DNA of 64,000 bases from Isurus oxyrinchus. Lineage: Eukaryota. Positions 24,041 to 36,537 of the stretch are shown here, piece by piece. The notes beneath the pieces are model-generated. The model was given only the letters and a program-made list of their open reading frames with translations. It was not told the DNA's origin and searched no databases. The stretch lies in NCBI GenBank assembly GCA_026770705.1, contig JANJGN010000002.1:128650001-128714000 (forward strand), written 5' to 3'. Both the position numbers and the translations under genes were made by a program. Numbering within the stretch: the stretch's first letter is position 1; each line of letters begins with the position of its first letter.

Positions 24041-26523
24041 TTTTACTTACAAATACTAGCTAATCTCAGATGGTATTGCACAGGGTTAGTCTGACATCTG
24101 AGAGCATGGTTATCATCTTTCGTGTGGCCTCTTGTGCCAGTTGAAATGTTGCTCCTTGGGGATTGCAATTCCATAAGAATATGGTATAAGTATTTCAGCT
24201 GACTAATTCTGCAGAGGGCACAGAGTATACTCTGTACCTCTGCCGGATTTGTCAGCTGCAGCTTGAAATCCCAGGGTTGGTTGAAGGATCCTTTCCCACT
24301 GGGTTCTTAGTCTCTCTCAGTATTATTTTCCACAGCAACATTATCGAAAACTAGAACGGCTACCCTTCTTTCCTCGCGCTTGTTTTCTTCCTCTTGCCTC
24401 TCCACCTCAGAACTTACTTACTGCTCAATGATTTTGGTTTTGTACGTTTCTCATATTGTCAATGTTAGTCATATGACTGCATATTCAACTGGGTCAGAAA
24501 TCAAAGTGGTGCTAGGATTTAATTGGATAGCCTGATTGGTTGAAATTGCAGCATTTGAATTAGCTGCTTTTCTCCGGAATTTTTCCTGATCGTATTTTAA
24601 CATAAGCATTTCAGCTCATGAGAAAAAACTTGATTCTTTTTCATGTTGCAGGCATTTTTAATGTGCCATCATAAGCATTTAATGTGCAATATCTTACACA
24701 CGAGACTTTTAATGAATGCAGATTTTTGCATCAGTCATAAGGAATCATCTCCATTCAAAGATGAGTTTTCCCTAATAGAACCACATTTATATCAGGTTGT
24801 TGGCTAGAAATGTAACTACTATGATCAATCAAATTTGATGTGATATTCTTCAAATGTAGTACCTAATATAGAACGCAATGCAGAACAACTACACCCATTG
24901 CCTTTGGTGATGTGGTTTAGCTGCAAATTTTATGCAAATGCTGACAAATGTTCAGAGGAAAATGAATTATAGCAGACCAGCTTTAGCATTACTATGCAAT
25001 CACCAAAGTTGCAATGGCAAATGTTTGGTTCAGGGCCATTCATTGCAGTCTAGACAGGAAAGATCAGTCTAATAGCCTTTCTTCCAATATGGGGGGTCAA
25101 AGCTTCTGAAAACTAAATTTTCCTTTTATTGTTTGAAGACAAGGATATGAAGTGCTCTTACTGCAGCATTCTCATTACTAAATTTTATACAGTGAAATTA
25201 ATTTGAAAACCTTGGAGGGAGGACTCATAGGGAGGTGGGAAACCAAGTAGGTTTGGAATAAAAGCCCAGAAAATTGAAATGCATCCCATTGTTTCTCAGG
25301 GTTGTGTTAGAAAGCTAATTTGTATGTGCTCTACATCTTCATTTGAAAAATGACTAACAGGCAACTTTATATTTGTTGATAGATTGAGCAAAAATAATTT
25401 TAAAAAGTAATAAAAATAAGGCATGTTATAAATAAGTTATGCTTGAGAGCCTGAATGGCCTACTTCTGCCCCTATTTCATATGTTTGTATGTGCATTTCC
25501 AGTTCTTGTGATGAGTATAACACCGAATATTACAGAGCAACAGTTTGGAAAAAAAAAGTTTTAAAATTAAAATACTGATGGTATTGTAGCATGGCATTGA
25601 AAAAATATATATTTAATGCTGCCCTAATGTTGACATTTTAAACTGTCAGTGGCTACTGGATTTTGATGTAAGCTGAGAGATCTATGCCATTCTTCCTATA
25701 TCACTTCTGATAATTCAGTCATTTTCTGTGGTGAAAATTGAATGATCTAACAACTTAAATTAAGTAATGTGAATAACACAAGGTAATGATTTTATGCTAA
25801 ATATTTTCAAATTATCTAGTAATTTGACTTCAGTAACTGTGAATTACCATCAAAATTATTTTGAACATTTCATTGATATTATCCAACAGAAAATATTTGA
25901 CAAGTAGAATATTTTATAAGAACAGAAACTGTGAGAAGTACATAAATCCATGATAAAGTTTGCAGACTCCAAGCATTACATGATCACTTGGTTTTTCAGA
26001 TGATGTGCTGTGGATTTCCAACAGTTTTGTTTGTTTCTTCAAATTTTCAGCATTTTCAGTTTCATTTCCACGTTTGAAGAATGGGGCCCAAAACAAAGGA
26101 AAGAACAATGTAGAGAGAAGTTCATCACTGAGAGTACCACCGTTACTCTGAAAATTAAATCCATTGTGTTCCTAACCTTCCTGATCCACCCGTCACTCAA
26201 ACCCCCATCCCAGTTGATCAGAGTTGTGTCGCATCTACCACCTCATTGGCAGTTCTCAGCGAAATATTTGAGACCAAGTGGAAAGGATTGGATTGACAGT
26301 CCAATCAGACCATACAAAGCAGATGGACCAACACAGGCCAACACCAGATAGACGTTTTAAAATAAGTGTAAATATTTGTAATTGTTTGCAATTTTTCTCT
26401 GTGTAACTAGATTGTTCTAAACAAAGGATTACATTGAGCTTTAAAGCATTGACTTCTATGTTTTGATATTAAGCATGATTGTGTATCCTCCATCTATATT
26501 AACTGATTTATTTTTTGTTACAG

Positions 26524-27330
26524 ACTATAGTCAGAGGAAACAGAGCATGGAAAGACACCTCTTTGAATGGCCTTTTGGAAGAATTCAATGATATTTCTGT
26601 AACTCGCTCAAACTCTCTACGTAGGGAGAGTCCTCCTGCTCCACCACAGAAAAATTCCAACCATAGCCTGTGCAGTCCTGAAGAAAATGGTTACAGCCAT
26701 TATTATCTCAGACACTCATATGATATAGAACCTTCAAAAGATTTTACAGCAGGGAAATGCAAAGAACAGAGCAATCCTGCTGAAGACTGGGACAGACATC
26801 TCAAATATAACAAAGCTGCTCAACAAAATGGCCAGGATTCTAACAGAGTTCGGTCTGTAGAAACATATTACTTAGAAGACAACGTACACAAGGCAGATTT
26901 TGGTAGATTGCCACCAGACTACTATACATATTTGGTGTCAAAAATTAGGCCAACAGACCACATTGTGGCAAGCAGGGACTCCCCAAGAGTTCACAGGTCA
27001 CCACCAGTTCACAGGAGACACCTACAAAGTACGCCTTCTAGAAATGTTCAAAGAGAAATTCCTAGGGAAAAATTGGAATACAAAGAGAAAGACTGGGGCC
27101 CAGAACCCCAAAAGGAAGACTTGGACAAACGACCAAAGTCATCCTATGTCATACAGACAAGTCCTCAACCAACTATGAGACAGAGATCAAAATCAGGATC
27201 TGGACTGCAGGAACCAAGTGTGCCATATGCTGCCAGTGCATTTAAGTCAACACATCCCACTGGACATGCATATAGTTCATACACATATCCAAGGCTGTCC
27301 GAGTCGACGGCTGTATCATGCATTCCGAAG
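26524..27330 (+). CDS. PAK5: PAK5/PAK7 internal coding exon (post-CRIB regulatory linker), 269 codons, phase 0/0
   Basis: Acceptor ttttttgttacag| and donor AAG|gtaaat. Translation TIVRGN...ISVTRSNSLRRESPP...RPKSSY..QTSPQPTMRQRSKSGSGLQEP...YTYPRLSE...CIPK matches vertebrate PAK5 as I recall it. Confidence 0.95.
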
Positions 27331-28249
27331 GTAAATGCCACTTTCATATTCAAACCTTCAACACTTGTATGCACATCTGCATTCCATCACTGTGTGACAC
27401 TGTGTGGTTTGATTTCGTTGGATCTCCATCGTTGCTAGTTGCAATATAACACCCCCCCCCTTTTTATTAGCTAATTCAAATGTAATTGTACTCTTTGAAT
27501 TTTAAAACAAATGCTTTCTTCTAAAAGCTCTCAATGGGTTTGAAGAGTCAACAAGAAAAGCACGGTTATGAACTTTTTTTTATGAAACCTTGATAAGTAG
27601 GGAAATTATTATATATTACAAATATAATTAAGTGAAGAGGTAGAGTACCTATCAAATCTGTGAACAATTGTCCCTCCTACTGATTATTCTGAAGATACTT
27701 CATTTATGTCATGGAGATCAATATTGGCATTATATAGTTAGTGTGCTGTACATTCCACTAATCGTTCTTGAGTTTTAGCAAATCACAGAACCATTTTATA
27801 TTTCTATTCTGACTTTGCACATTCATCAATCAATGCTGCTGTAAACTGCATACAAGGAAATGCATGAGTGGCAACAGATCCTCCAGTTTTTCCTGCATCT
27901 TTCAGAAGTGCATTCCTAAATAGAATCAGATTGAGAACTGATGTTGTAGGAAATTATGGAGCAGAAGCCCTATACTGCCTCTCTATTGTAATGCATGTAA
28001 CACTGTTTAGCTTTTTTAAAAGATATTTTGACTGGTGTCCCCATAAATTTTTTTTGCTGGGAATAAAGATCAATCAGTTGTTCCCAGCTGTGTCACCTGA
28101 GATCCATTTGTACTGCAGTTAAGAGGATGGATTGGCAGCTCTCATCTCGGCCTCCAGCAGGACCGCTCTGAAATTGAAACCTCGCTGTAATGACACTCTT
28201 TGGCAATACACCTCCCTGCATGTTGCCCATTTCTCCTTTTTACTTCAAA

Positions 28250-29130
28250 TTGCGTTTATATAGCAGCTTTAAAACAGTTAAAATGCCTCAAAGTGTAGCA
28301 CAGGAGCATTATGAAACAACTGAGCCACATGGGATATTAGGAGAGGCAACCAAAAGCTTGGTTAAAGAGGTTGGTATTAATGAGCATCTTAAAGGAGAGA
28401 GAGGCTGAGAGGTTTATAGAGGGAATTCTGGAGCTTGGGGCCTGGGAAGCTGAAGGCTGCCAGTGTTGGAACAATAAAAATCAGGAATGTGCAAGAGACC
28501 AGAATTGTTGGGATACAGAGATCTTGGAGGATTGTGGGGCTGGAGGAGATTACAGAAATAGGAGAGGCGATGCCACGGAAGAATTTTCAAACAAGAATGA
28601 GGATTTTAAAATCAAAATATTGCCGGAGTGAGCTGGGCAGTGAATATACAAGGTGATGGGCGAACGGGTCTTGGTGTGAGTTACGATATTGGCAACAGAG
28701 TTTCGGATAAGCTGAAGTTTACAGTGGGTTCAAGGAGTGACACCAATCAGGAGAGCATTAGAATAGCTGAGTCTAGAGGTGTCAAAGGCAGTGATGAGGA
28801 TTTCAGCAGCAATTGAGCTGAGGCAGGGGCAGGGACAGGGACAGATGTGTTATATAGCTGAAAGGAGGTCCAGTGGTGAAGAGGAGGATATAGGGTCAGA
28901 AATCAGACCAGGGCCAAAATGGCGCCAAGGTTCTAAAAGATCTACTTCTCCTGAGATAGTGGCCAGGGTAAGGGGTGGAGTTGGTCACTAAGGAATGAAG
29001 TTTGTGGGCAATAGCTTCTATTTTTCCAATATTTAGTTGGTGGAAATTTCTGCTGTGGCAATACTGTGTTTGATGAGCTTCATGACAAATCAGAGGCAGT
29101 GGAGGATTGAGTGAGGTATTGGGAGATAGA
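28250..29130 (-). mobile_element. Degraded L2-like LINE
   Basis: Purine-rich + strand; minus strand reads NFHQLNIGKIEAI; tail ttgcgtttatatagcagc. Confidence 0.55.
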
Positions 29131-29407
29131 GACTTAAATAATGCTTTAGTATAGTATAGATGTCCAGATTTGCACACTAACTCATAAGGGCCACATAAAT
29201 ATTGTACTTAGAAAGCCCTTCTGTCTTCTCTATCTGTTATGAATGATTAGTTCAGCAAGCGATTAGTTTTGTCTGGTTTGACAGAATTCAGTGTTATACT
29301 AAAATTAACTATGATAATCTGTAACAGAAGAAAAAGCTAATTTTTTTAGCTATTAAAGGAGCAGTATTCTTTATAGAGACCTTTGGTAGTACAGAACTTG
29401 AGTAATA

Positions 29408-29873
29408 CTGGACAAAGAGACATGTTGTCAAAGCTTTTTGTCATGCACTCTTCAGGGCAAGCACAAGAATATCAAATTTCAAAGGGAACAACAATTTATA
29501 CTGCAGGTGAAAAGGGTGCTGATTGATTGGCAAGTTAACTCTGGTTGAGGAGGTGCCATGGAGAGTGACAGTTATTTCCCCAAGCTGTTGTTTAAATTCA
29601 AAAAAAGATAACTTGACTCTGATTGAGGCGTTGCCATGGGGAATGCACCAGGGAACAGTTGTCTCCCATGCATTTGTTCAATTGAAATAGGTGCAATGCC
29701 TGAACTTGTTTTGTTCCCTGGTGCAGTCTCCATGGCAAAGCCTCAACCAATCATCCACTTGCCAACAAATCAGCACCCTATTCTCATGCAGTATAAATTG
29801 TTGTTCCCTTTGAAATTTGGTACTCTTGCATCTGTCCTGATGAGTGCAAGATGTAAATCTTCGACAGCATGTC
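29408..29873. mobile_element. Two divergent copies of the CCAAT/TATA/hammerhead module
   Basis: aatttcaaagggaacaacaatttatactgca (about 29475-29505) is the reverse complement of tgcagtataaattgttgttccctttgaaatt (about 29787-29817); a hammerhead-like core sits at each outer end. Confidence 0.75.
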
Positions 29874-30786
29874 AGCTGTCGAGTTGTGGTCAACAACTGA
29901 GTTATGTTATCAAGGATATTGCAACTCTCACTAATTGTATGCACAGACTTTTTTTTAAACTGTTCGATATGTAGCATTTTTTCAAACTAAAGTATGAGTT
30001 GTATGAGTATCACACCAGATATGCACAAGGAAAAGATGCAGCTGGAGTTCCTCCCCTGTGAAAATTGGAGTTAATGGGATATCACCACATGGAGAATATT
30101 AGAAGCTATCACTGCCATTTATTTTTATTCTCTAATGAGATCTTTTTTTGCTTTCTTAAAATACCAACTGTAAGGATTACCAGAGCATAGAACAAGGTAA
30201 CAGTAGAGAAGTAGGGTGATTATAATATTTGGAAACAATAGCGATTGCATTTTCCTCTGGCCACTGATGTGATCAAAGCATCAGCCCAAGTATAAAATGG
30301 GGAAACATTTTGTGTTTGCCTTAATTTTTTTTTGAATTATAAGACTGCCAGTGGCATCAGTAGAATAAAGAAACAATTGGGCCCAGTAACTAATCTAAAG
30401 CTTAAAGCATATGTGCAGGTCTGTCCAGCCATTTCCCTTACACAATTAAACTTTCCCTTGTAGATTTTTGAATATTCTTCTGTATAGCTACACTTCAATG
30501 TCCTTTTTAATTCCACCCCTTCCCACCAACCCCACCAACAAACAACTCTTCATGGAGTAATGGATCCACAGATATCAATATCCTTACTTTACTCAGTGCC
30601 AAATCTAAATGGTCACCTATCATGTGTGATTTAGACATGAAATGACTGTGGCAGGTACCATAGCTGAGTTCGATTCACTCTTTATCTTATATAGCCATAT
30701 GCCCACTTTCTAGTGGAGTTATTGTTTGGCACTAGGTAAACAGGAACCCTTTGTTTCTTTTTTCCTCCCTGTACTCTCTTATCTGG

Positions 30787-31680
30787 AGGGCTTATGGTGC
30801 AGTGGTAACCGCCCTACCTCTGGGCCAGAAGCTCAGGAGCAGAATTTTGCCCTCGTCAGGTGGGCTCGGTAGGAGAGAGACCGGGAGCTGTCAGGAAGTT
30901 GACTGCTGCCCGCAGTCAGGGCCCGACCACAATTTCATGTTGGTGGGGCAGTTAATGTCCGCCCAGTATGAAACACGTGCTGCAGTGCTTAGCACTGCCT
31001 GTGTTGGTGGGGGAGGGGTTGGGGGGGCGGGGGAATGAGGGCGAGCGAGCAAGGTCTCAGGGAGATGAAGATTTCGGGAAAAAAATAATTTAAAAATGTT
31101 TATAACATGTCCCCTCGTGACTCTGTCACATGAGCGGGGACATAGTAGAAATTATTTTGAAATTTTTTTTTAAATCACTGAATGAAACCTCATTCTTCCC
31201 ATGGATGAGATTTCGCAAAAACTTGGCCTTTTTGCCTGCCCACCAACCATAAGGTCGGACGGGAAGCAAAAGAATTAATTCAATTGGTACTTTAATGACC
31301 GTAATAACCATGTTAGTTGTCAACTGGCTTGCCCGCTGACCGAAATATCACACGAGTGCGCAATGATGTCGGGACGCTAACCCGATGTCATCGTGCATCA
31401 TTTTATGCTTATTCGGTTCGGGCACCTGCCTGACGAGTGCAATATGCTGTTTCTGGTTTCAAGTCCCACTCTGGGACTTGGTGGCCATTGAATGTATGTT
31501 CATAACTGGCTGACCAGGTTGATTATCAGGCTGTAAATCCATCCAATACTCTTGATGGCGCGCGGTAGCAACAGGAGAGCTTCCTGGTCAGCCGTACTGC
31601 AAAAGGCAATGGCAAACCACTGCAGTACTTTGCCGAGCATAATCATGGATCAATCCAATGGCAGTCCATGGTCACCAATC
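30787..31680 (+). mobile_element. tRNA-headed SINE with RTE-type tail, interrupted by a TIR element at about 30836-31452
   Basis: A-box tggtgcagtgg near 30795, B-box ggtttcaagtccc resuming near 31455, tail aggcaatggcaaaccactgcagtactttgcc resembling RTE/BovB 3' ends. Confidence 0.6.
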
Positions 31681-34600
31681 CCCTAAAGGGGGAGGATCCC
31701 TTATCCTCTCTTTCCCCATTTCCCCCCCCTCCTCACCCAACCCAAAACCCAAACTTGGGTTGGAGATGGGCCACAGCCAATTATACCAACCCTGATCCCA
31801 CACCAGCTGAGAAATGTGGAATAGGCTTGTGGGATTAAATGTCCTACTGCTGTTCCTGTTACCTAATTCGGAATGCACAAGGAATCCAACCCGTTCCTTC
31901 CTGGTCCTTGTGGTTTAACTGCAAAATTTCAAAAATCATCATTTGTTAAGTGTCCTAGAAACTTCATCTATCATTTAATTTGAATTTAGATACAGCTCTA
32001 CAGATTTTGGAATGCTAGGATGTGTTTTGAAAATCAGGCAAAGTAACAAGAGCTGCCCCCAAAAAACGGGTCACTCAGCAGGTTTTATGTTTCCTTTCTT
32101 GCCTCCAACTAAATTGGCTTCTCAGCACAGGAACCTTGAACTCCATTGACAATAAAGTGAAGATAACGTAGAGATTAAACTGTATTCGCAGTAAGTAATT
32201 ATTCCTCTGGCATGGTCAAGTTAAATTGTGCATGGGATCATTTATCTAATGCAGTCATTATTTTCCCAAACCTTTTCATTTCCTTTTTATACATGCTGAT
32301 TTTACTCTGTGGAGTGTTTTGTCAGGGAATGGATACGAAAAGTTGCTGAAACAGTGTTTTAGTTCATTTACAGTGCACCAGTGCATAAAATACTTATCTC
32401 TGTAGGGAAAACAAAAGTGATTCTAATTGACTAATAATTACTTTGAAACATTTTGTAGTAATACATTTATTTTAGTCACAGTCCTAATTAATTTTTAAAA
32501 TTTTAAATGTTGATTCAGAATGAAAATGTAAAACTATGTATTAAGACCATCTAGTGTGCATTTTAAAATGTAACATTAATGCTTTATTCCAAAGTGTTAC
32601 ATTTAGCAGCGCCCTAATTCAGTCACCTCTAGTTGCTGGTGAGACTTAGATTTAATTTTTGTGTTTCTAAACAATGATTAACATGCATTGTCTTAATCTA
32701 CAGAATGGGATGATTAGTTCAGTTCTTAATTTTTAAAGGGACTGAATGGTGCTTCACTGCTATGATGGAAAATATTCCCCTTTTACATGGAACATAGATC
32801 AAATCTGACTTGGACTAACAGGCATAAATTCTCCTCTTTCTGCCAGCTGAGACTGTGCAAACATCTCCATAATTTGACAAAAATTACAGACTAAGAGCTG
32901 AAAGGGGATACTAGACTGGATATCTTTTTTTCAGCTGGCATAGACACAATGGGCCAAATGGCCTCCTTCTGTGCAGTAAATCTTTCTATGTTTCAAATTG
33001 ACACTAAGTTGACCTTCTCATTGAAGTCAGAGAAGTAGCTGAAGATGAAAAATAGAATGCCGGCAACAGAAGCCTAGTGATTATCTTGCTGGACTAATGA
33101 GTGAGAGATGTGAGCTCAAATCTCACCATGGCAGCTGGGGAGTTTAAATTCAGTTAATTAATAAATCTGGAACAAAAAGTTAGTATCAGTAATGGTGACC
33201 ATGTAACTACCAGATTGTCATAAAAACCCATCTGGTTCACTGTCTCTTTAGGGAAGAAAGTCTGCCATCCTTACCAGGTCTTATGACTCCAGACCCTCAA
33301 TAATGTGATTGACTCTTAACTGTCTTCTGAAATGGCCTAGCAAGCCAATCAGTTGTTAAGGTGGCTCAGCACTACCAAGGGATGGACTATAAATTCTGGC
33401 ATTGCCAGTGACACGCTCATCCCATGAACGAATAAATGCTCGGGGCAGATTATAAAGAGCAGTATTTCACAAGTAGTGATGTATTGTTTGCTCTAGTTGA
33501 TGCTACCACTGGATTCCAAAAGCAGAAAAGTACATTATTCACTGGCAATGATATCAACCCAATTACAAAAAAATCCGTGTTGGGAGTTTTCCACTGTTGA
33601 GATTTTTTTTCCCTTCCTTGCCTCCTCGTTTGGAGATTACATAGGAAGCTTAACCAGTATTAAGCAGGAACAGCAATGTAGTCATTTCACAAATACGTGC
33701 CCATTTGAAAGACTTTCAAATGCTGCTACATAATGCACTGCCTGAAACACTTACAATGAGCTAGCTGCCAGCACCAGTTCAATTGGTTCTTGCCCCTATG
33801 AGCCTGTTTTTGAGCACGGTCAAATTTCTAAGACCACTTGCCTACTTGTAAAGGGAGGCACATCAGTGGGAATGTTGGAATAATAGAGCTGCATTTGAGT
33901 GTTAATCAATTAAGCATTGGTTAAACATGAAATCAAGACTAAACTGAATCAATTCAATTAAATATTAATATTCTGCTGTGTTTGATTGTAACTGAATTTT
34001 AATCACAATAATTGGGAACTCCATGAGCTACAGAAAAGAAACAACCATTTTAATGATAAGTTAGTCAGTCTACAATATAAAAAAAACAAAAGGACTGGGA
34101 TATGAAACTGCACCCAAATACAACAAAAATCAAATAAGTAACCTTATGCTGCTTACAATAAGATGTGTGTACTGTAGGTTCTGAATTCAGAAATTTTAAG
34201 TTTCGTATCTTGTAAAATTTTTAATCCACCACTCCTACTCTCTCATTGCTGCTGAAAGTAGGATGCTGTAAATTCACACTGGACCTTTGATGTCTTTCCA
34301 TTTGTGAATTTTAGCTTTCAGTAACTTTAAAAAAAAAACATTACTTTCCTAAACCTGGTATGAAACTTCCACTCAGCAGATACTGGATCACTTTCAAAAA
34401 TGGACAATGTCCGTAAGCCCCATATTTATACATATACCATCACTTTAGTAACTTTATAAGTGTCATGTGGAAGAAAACTTGTATGCGGAAGCTGCAGAAT
34501 ACTTATAACCACTTTGTTCTTGAACATTTGCTTTGGATTACTACAAATGTACTAATTAGTCATACTACTATATATGGTTCATTAAGTGGAGGAATTGAAG

Positions 34601-36537
34601 TTATAATTTTAAGGAGCATTGGCATTAAATAATATCATTAATTGGGTAAAGTTTGTTAGATTGTAATTGTGTAGTACTTAGAGTGGACAAAGAACAAACT
34701 GCAGATAAGTGTTGACTTATAAAACAAATGATCAAATAATATTGAGGAGACATAATGCATGTATATTCACATAGTGTGATCAGAACATGTGAACAATATA
34801 GCTTTGAACAGAGGCTTTGACTTTAACCCTCTGGATTGGAATAACAGTAAAATTCAGTGCAAGTTACTTAGTAATTTCGCACATTAAATTTCAATATTGG
34901 TGTTCTAACCTTTGCAACTGAGGCCGGTGAAACTTTTGGGGCAGGATTTTTATTCCCTTATGGGAGTGAGTACACAAGCAGCCAGGCATGAAAATTCTTG
35001 CAGCCATCCAGTGTTCCACTTTGTCAACACTGTCCTGCCCAAGGGTCATTTTGCCAGAGGTCTTTGCTGGTTGGCAGCGCTACCCATCTGTGAGCAGTGG
35101 GTAGCCAATTAAGGGGATTAAATGGCCACTTCAGAACTGTTGTCATAGACTGGCATTTTCTAGGTGGCCTACAGGACCCCCACTCTCCTCCCCCGAGGCA
35201 TCAGGTACTATGCCAGATTCCTGGAGGTGGCCTCCCAGTAGCAGACCAGGAAGCCAGTGCTCCAAGCAGGCTTTGAAGCCTTCCCCGCCTGCCTGACCAC
35301 AGGTTTCCCCTCCACAATGGTGGCCTGGCTGCTGAGGGCATTTTCTCTGTTTCCAGCACCAAAACTTAGCAGGTGAGGATTGGTGACTTTGGACTCTATA
35401 AATTTTAAAAGTGGTACATGACAGACTGCTGTGCCTCGCTCTTAGACAAAAATGCTGGGCCATAATTTGATGTAGCAAGGCAACTCAAAGTTTTTGCCCT
35501 ACATTAGACTTGCCCTTGCATGTTTAGGCCTTTGCATTTTTTGCCTGACAAGTTTCTGAAAGTCCGAGTTGGTAATGATGCAATGAGAAGGAAACTGGGA
35601 CCCAAGTAAACTGTGTTTTTCATTAATCAAATTGAAGGTTTATGAAGTTAACAGCGTAAGGACTGAGAAGGAAGGGTAAGTTAGAGTGGGTGAATTCAAT
35701 GTCAAAGCAGATATGGAAAATGAAAAAAAGGGGGGAAGGGAAGAGTAATAAAAATGCTTTAAACGTTAAATCCCTTGTGACTGTGTTAATCCAGCTTCTC
35801 TCGTTTTCTCAAATTTTATAAAATCTCCAACAACAATTGAAACCTGAAGGAATGAGACTCCATAGCTGTAATAGTTAATTTTCAGTGCTAAAGAGGTTGA
35901 TTGACAGTACGAACACTTTCACATCTTTAAAAGGGTGCTCAAAATGAAAACGATGAGACAACTTTTTGCGGTGAGTCTTGTTCATATATAGCTTGCAAAT
36001 ACAGGAACTTAAGGCCATTCAATGCATCTAAGTGGGGAACCAGAGGATGGATCCCATTGTTGTGAAGCTAATGTCAGAATGGTACAATTCAGATTGCAAC
36101 TTCTGAATTTTTGGATTTATCTGCACCTCTTTCACTCACCTGAAATAGCTATACCATTTGTGAATAAATAAAAATGAGTGCATCTAAACTCACCATTGTT
36201 TTGACATCAGGTTATTGTCCATTAGGTTGTAATGGTGAACTCCCCCCAAGATGGCATTTATATGCAAAGGCACACTTTTTATTTAGCTGGAGGACAGTTC
36301 TGATGGTGGTTTTGCTTATATTGCCTCACTGAAAGGAGGAAGCACTACAGTGGGGGAAGATACTCAGGATGTAAGGAGAATTATTAAAACGATGGGTGGA
36401 ATTTAATGCGCTCTCCCATGGTGAGTTTGGTGATGGGGGGGTGGCATTTAATCAGGCAGAAGAGTGGGGACCCTGCCGCCTTCCCACCTCCACCCCAATT
36501 AAGTCTGTGATGGAAAGACCCATGAGAGGCAATTAAT

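Noticed and set aside
1-26523. First coding (CRIB) exon of PAK5
   Set aside because: No MFGKKK/EISGPSNFEHRVHTG-type sequence in the ORF track or seen by eye; it must lie upstream of the window.
26515-27438. 307-aa ORF as a stand-alone gene
   Set aside because: It is the PAK5 exon read through both splice sites; the start is a non-ATG intronic codon and similarity ends at the GT donor.
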